In this document: positions 15,181 to 17,113 of the stretch, one piece after another
How the letters are laid out: every line of letters begins with the position of its first letter
How positions within the stretch are numbered: the stretch's first letter is position 1
DNA from: Bdellovibrionia bacterium
GTDB taxonomy: Bacteria; Bdellovibrionota; UBA1018
DNA: 17,113 nucleotides
NCBI GenBank assembly: GCA_049424145.1
Contig: JBMSSC010000053.1
Span: forward strand, 1-17,113
Direction: 5' to 3'
Position numbers and translations under genes: made by a program
Notes under the pieces: model-generated
The model's database searches: none
Told to the model about the DNA's origin: nothing
The model's input: the letters and a program-made list of their open reading frames with translations, nothing else

Positions 15181-16554
15181 ATGAGGAAAGTAGTTCCAAT
15201 TCAGAGGCTTTGTTTTTTTCTTCTCGTAGGAGTGACGATCCTGAAAACAATAGCGGTAGCCTCTGCACAGGATGTTTTTGAATTTCCTCAGGATTTTAAA
15301 TGGTGCACAGCAACAGCCGCGTTTCAAGTGGAAGGTGGAATCCGTCATAGCGATTGGTCCGAATGGGAGCAGCAGGAGGGGAAGCCTAGATCGGGTTTGT
15401 CCTGTGATCACTGGAATCGCGTCGGTGAAGATATTGCGCTGATGCAGGGAATTCATGCCAATGCCTATCGATTTTCCATCGAGTGGAGCCGAATTGAGCC
15501 CTCAGAAGGAGTTTACGATCCGGGTGCAATTGCGCACTACCGGGCTGAAGTGGAGTCCTTGGTTGCCTCTGGAATTACGCCTCTGATCACGCTTCAGCAT
15601 TTTACGCTTCCGATCTGGGTTAAAAACAAAGGAGGCTGGGAGTGGTCCGGTCTTCCTGAGGCGTTCACTCGGTTCGTGGAGTTGGTCTACCGTCAGATTG
15701 CTCCCCAAGTGGACCTTTGGATCACCATGAATGAGCCCATGAACTATATTCTCGGATCCTTCTTTACCGGTGAGTTTCCTCCTGGCGAGAAACGAGAGCT
15801 GCAAGGAATTGTTGGACCTCTGCGCGGTCTCTTAAAGGCCCATGCGCTGGCGTATCACAAATTGCATGAGCTTGCGGATCAAGGAGATCGAAAGATTCTA
15901 GTGGGGATGGCCCTTCATCTCAGGGAGATGGTTCCGTTGAACTCTTGGAACATCCTGGATCGGATGGTGGCTGGCTCAGCAAAGCAGACGTTCAATTGGA
16001 CGATTCCGGATGCATTAAACTCGGGTCGCTTTTACATGAATATCCTACGCCGACTGAGTGTCGATGAAGTGATTCCGGGCCTAGCGGGCACGCAGGATTT
16101 TATGGGTGTGAATTACTACGCAGGCGACTCGGTGCGTTTTTCTATGAAGAAAGGCCTTGAACCGATTCACTGGGATTATAAAAACCCTGCCGATCGCCCT
16201 CTCATTGCTCGTGGGTTTTATTCGATTCTCAAAGAGGTCACCAAACGCTATCCTGGAAAGCCCCTCTATGTGACCGAGAATGGGACCACCTTTGAGTCGC
16301 AAGATCCTGAGCTTCAGCCGAAACACCTCTCGGATCACATTCAGCAGTTGGCTCAAGCTATGGCGGAAGGTGTTCCTGTGAAGAGCTACTGCTACTGGTC
16401 GCTTCTGGATAACTTTGAGTGGAACTGTGGGACGGAGTGCAGGTTTGGGCTTTATGAGACCAACTTCTCGACCTTTCAGCGAACGCCACGAAAAGCAGCC
16501 GAGTTGTTTCGCGCAGTCGCCTCTGAGAATCGCGTTGAGAAGCTGAAGCCGTAA
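15181..16554 (+). CDS. Glycoside hydrolase family 1 beta-glycosidase with an N-terminal signal peptide
   Basis: FPQDFKWCTATAAFQVEG, YRFSIEWSRIEP, TLQHFTLP, acid/base TMNEP, GVNYY, nucleophile VTENG and WSLLDNFEW...RFGL. GGAGG SD and an AT-rich upstream region. Confidence 0.95.
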   Translation: MRKVVPIQRLCFFLLVGVTILKTIAVASAQDVFEFPQDFKWCTATAAFQVEGGIRHSDWSEWEQQEGKPRSGLSCDHWNRVGEDIALMQGIHANAYRFSIEWSRIEPSEGVYDPGAIAHYRAEVESLVASGITPLITLQHFTLPIWVKNKGGWEWSGLPEAFTRFVELVYRQIAPQVDLWITMNEPMNYILGSFFTGEFPPGEKRELQGIVGPLRGLLKAHALAYHKLHELADQGDRKILVGMALHLREMVPLNSWNILDRMVAGSAKQTFNWTIPDALNSGRFYMNILRRLSVDEVIPGLAGTQDFMGVNYYAGDSVRFSMKKGLEPIHWDYKNPADRPLIARGFYSILKEVTKRYPGKPLYVTENGTTFESQDPELQPKHLSDHIQQLAQAMAEGVPVKSYCYWSLLDNFEWNCGTECRFGLYETNFSTFQRTPRKAAELFRAVASENRVEKLKP

Positions 16555-16561
16555 CCAAAGA

Positions 16562-17110
16562 TCAAGGCTCTAACAGTAGAGCTTGCAGGGCTGTCTGCCG
16601 TTTGCGGCTATCGATCTGACGAATGGCCATGGCAAGAGCTTTTCTCTGGCCGACAAAAACGCAGAGCTTTTTAGCTCGAGTTAATCCCGTGTAGATCAGG
16701 TTTCGAAAGAGCATTTTAAAGTGTTGAGTGGCAACGGGAATGATGACGGCATCAAACTCGCTGCCTTGGGATTTATGAATCGTGATCCCGTAAGCGAGAG
16801 AGATTTCCATGAGGTCTTCTTTTTCATAGAGCACAGGTTCTTGTTTTCCAAACTGAATCCAGCACTGAAAGGAGTCGAGGTCAATTTCAGTGATTCTTCC
16901 AATATCTCCGTTGTAAACGCCTAGGTCATAATTGTTGCGAGTCTGAATCACGCGGTCGTTTTCCCGAAAGATTCGATCCCCGATCTTCAGTTGCTTCACT
17001 CCTGGGCGCTCGGGATTCAATTCTTGTTGCAGGGCTAAGTTCAAGTTCAGCGTGCCTAGAGTGCCACGAATCTGAGGACTTAAGATCTGAATTTCGACGT
17101 CTCGACCCAA
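16562..17110 (-). CDS. recD2: C-terminal portion of an ATP-dependent RecD-like (RecD2) SF1B helicase; incomplete in this window
   Basis: IQILSP..RG.LGT.NLN, FRENDRVIQTRNNYDLGVYNGDIG, YGITIHKSQGSEF and NLIYTGLTRAK. It lacks the Walker A motif and N-terminal domains. The codon immediately upstream (17113-17111) reads TAG. Confidence 0.88.
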   Translation of the reverse strand: MGRDVEIQILSPQIRGTLGTLNLNLALQQELNPERPGVKQLKIGDRIFRENDRVIQTRNNYDLGVYNGDIGRITEIDLDSFQCWIQFGKQEPVLYEKEDLMEISLAYGITIHKSQGSEFDAVIIPVATQHFKMLFRNLIYTGLTRAKKLCVFVGQRKALAMAIRQIDSRKRQTALQALLLEP

Positions 17111-17113
17111 CTA

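Noticed and set aside
1094..16924. Numerous 60-142 aa antisense or out-of-frame ORFs nested in the major genes
   Set aside because: They are shadow ORFs of well-supported CDSs with no independent motifs.
1..17113. CRISPR array, IS/integrase, prophage or defence genes
   Set aside because: No regularly spaced repeats, terminal inverted repeats, or transposase, integrase or phage motifs were seen.

Overview
Bacterial chromosomal segment. The gene content suggests Bdellovibrionota/Oligoflexia or a related deltaproteobacterial-type lineage (inference). The left end holds the 3' part of a Glt-type gliding/envelope operon: a 5'-truncated TPR protein that looks like a GltD-GltE fusion, then gltF and gltG. 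The matching AglR/AglQ/AglS-type proton-channel motor genes lie about 9 kb downstream on the same strand. Between them are two convergent, apparently secreted orphan proteins, a minus-strand gmhA-RDD-polA operon, a hairpin-dense 400-bp divergent spacer and trxA. The right end has a GH1 beta-glycosidase with a signal peptide and the C-terminal part of recD2, which is preceded by an in-frame TAG at the window edge. The most interesting candidate is the orphan at about 4454-6538. It has a signal peptide, HEAT repeats and a single Cys in a C-x-D motif, in a context resembling NEL-type (IpaH/SspH) E3 ligase or chlamydial DUF1548 domains, and an 11-bp-period tandem operator lies upstream. No rRNA, tRNA, CRISPR array or mobile element was recognised. 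All family assignments come from reading motifs by eye; no searches were run.
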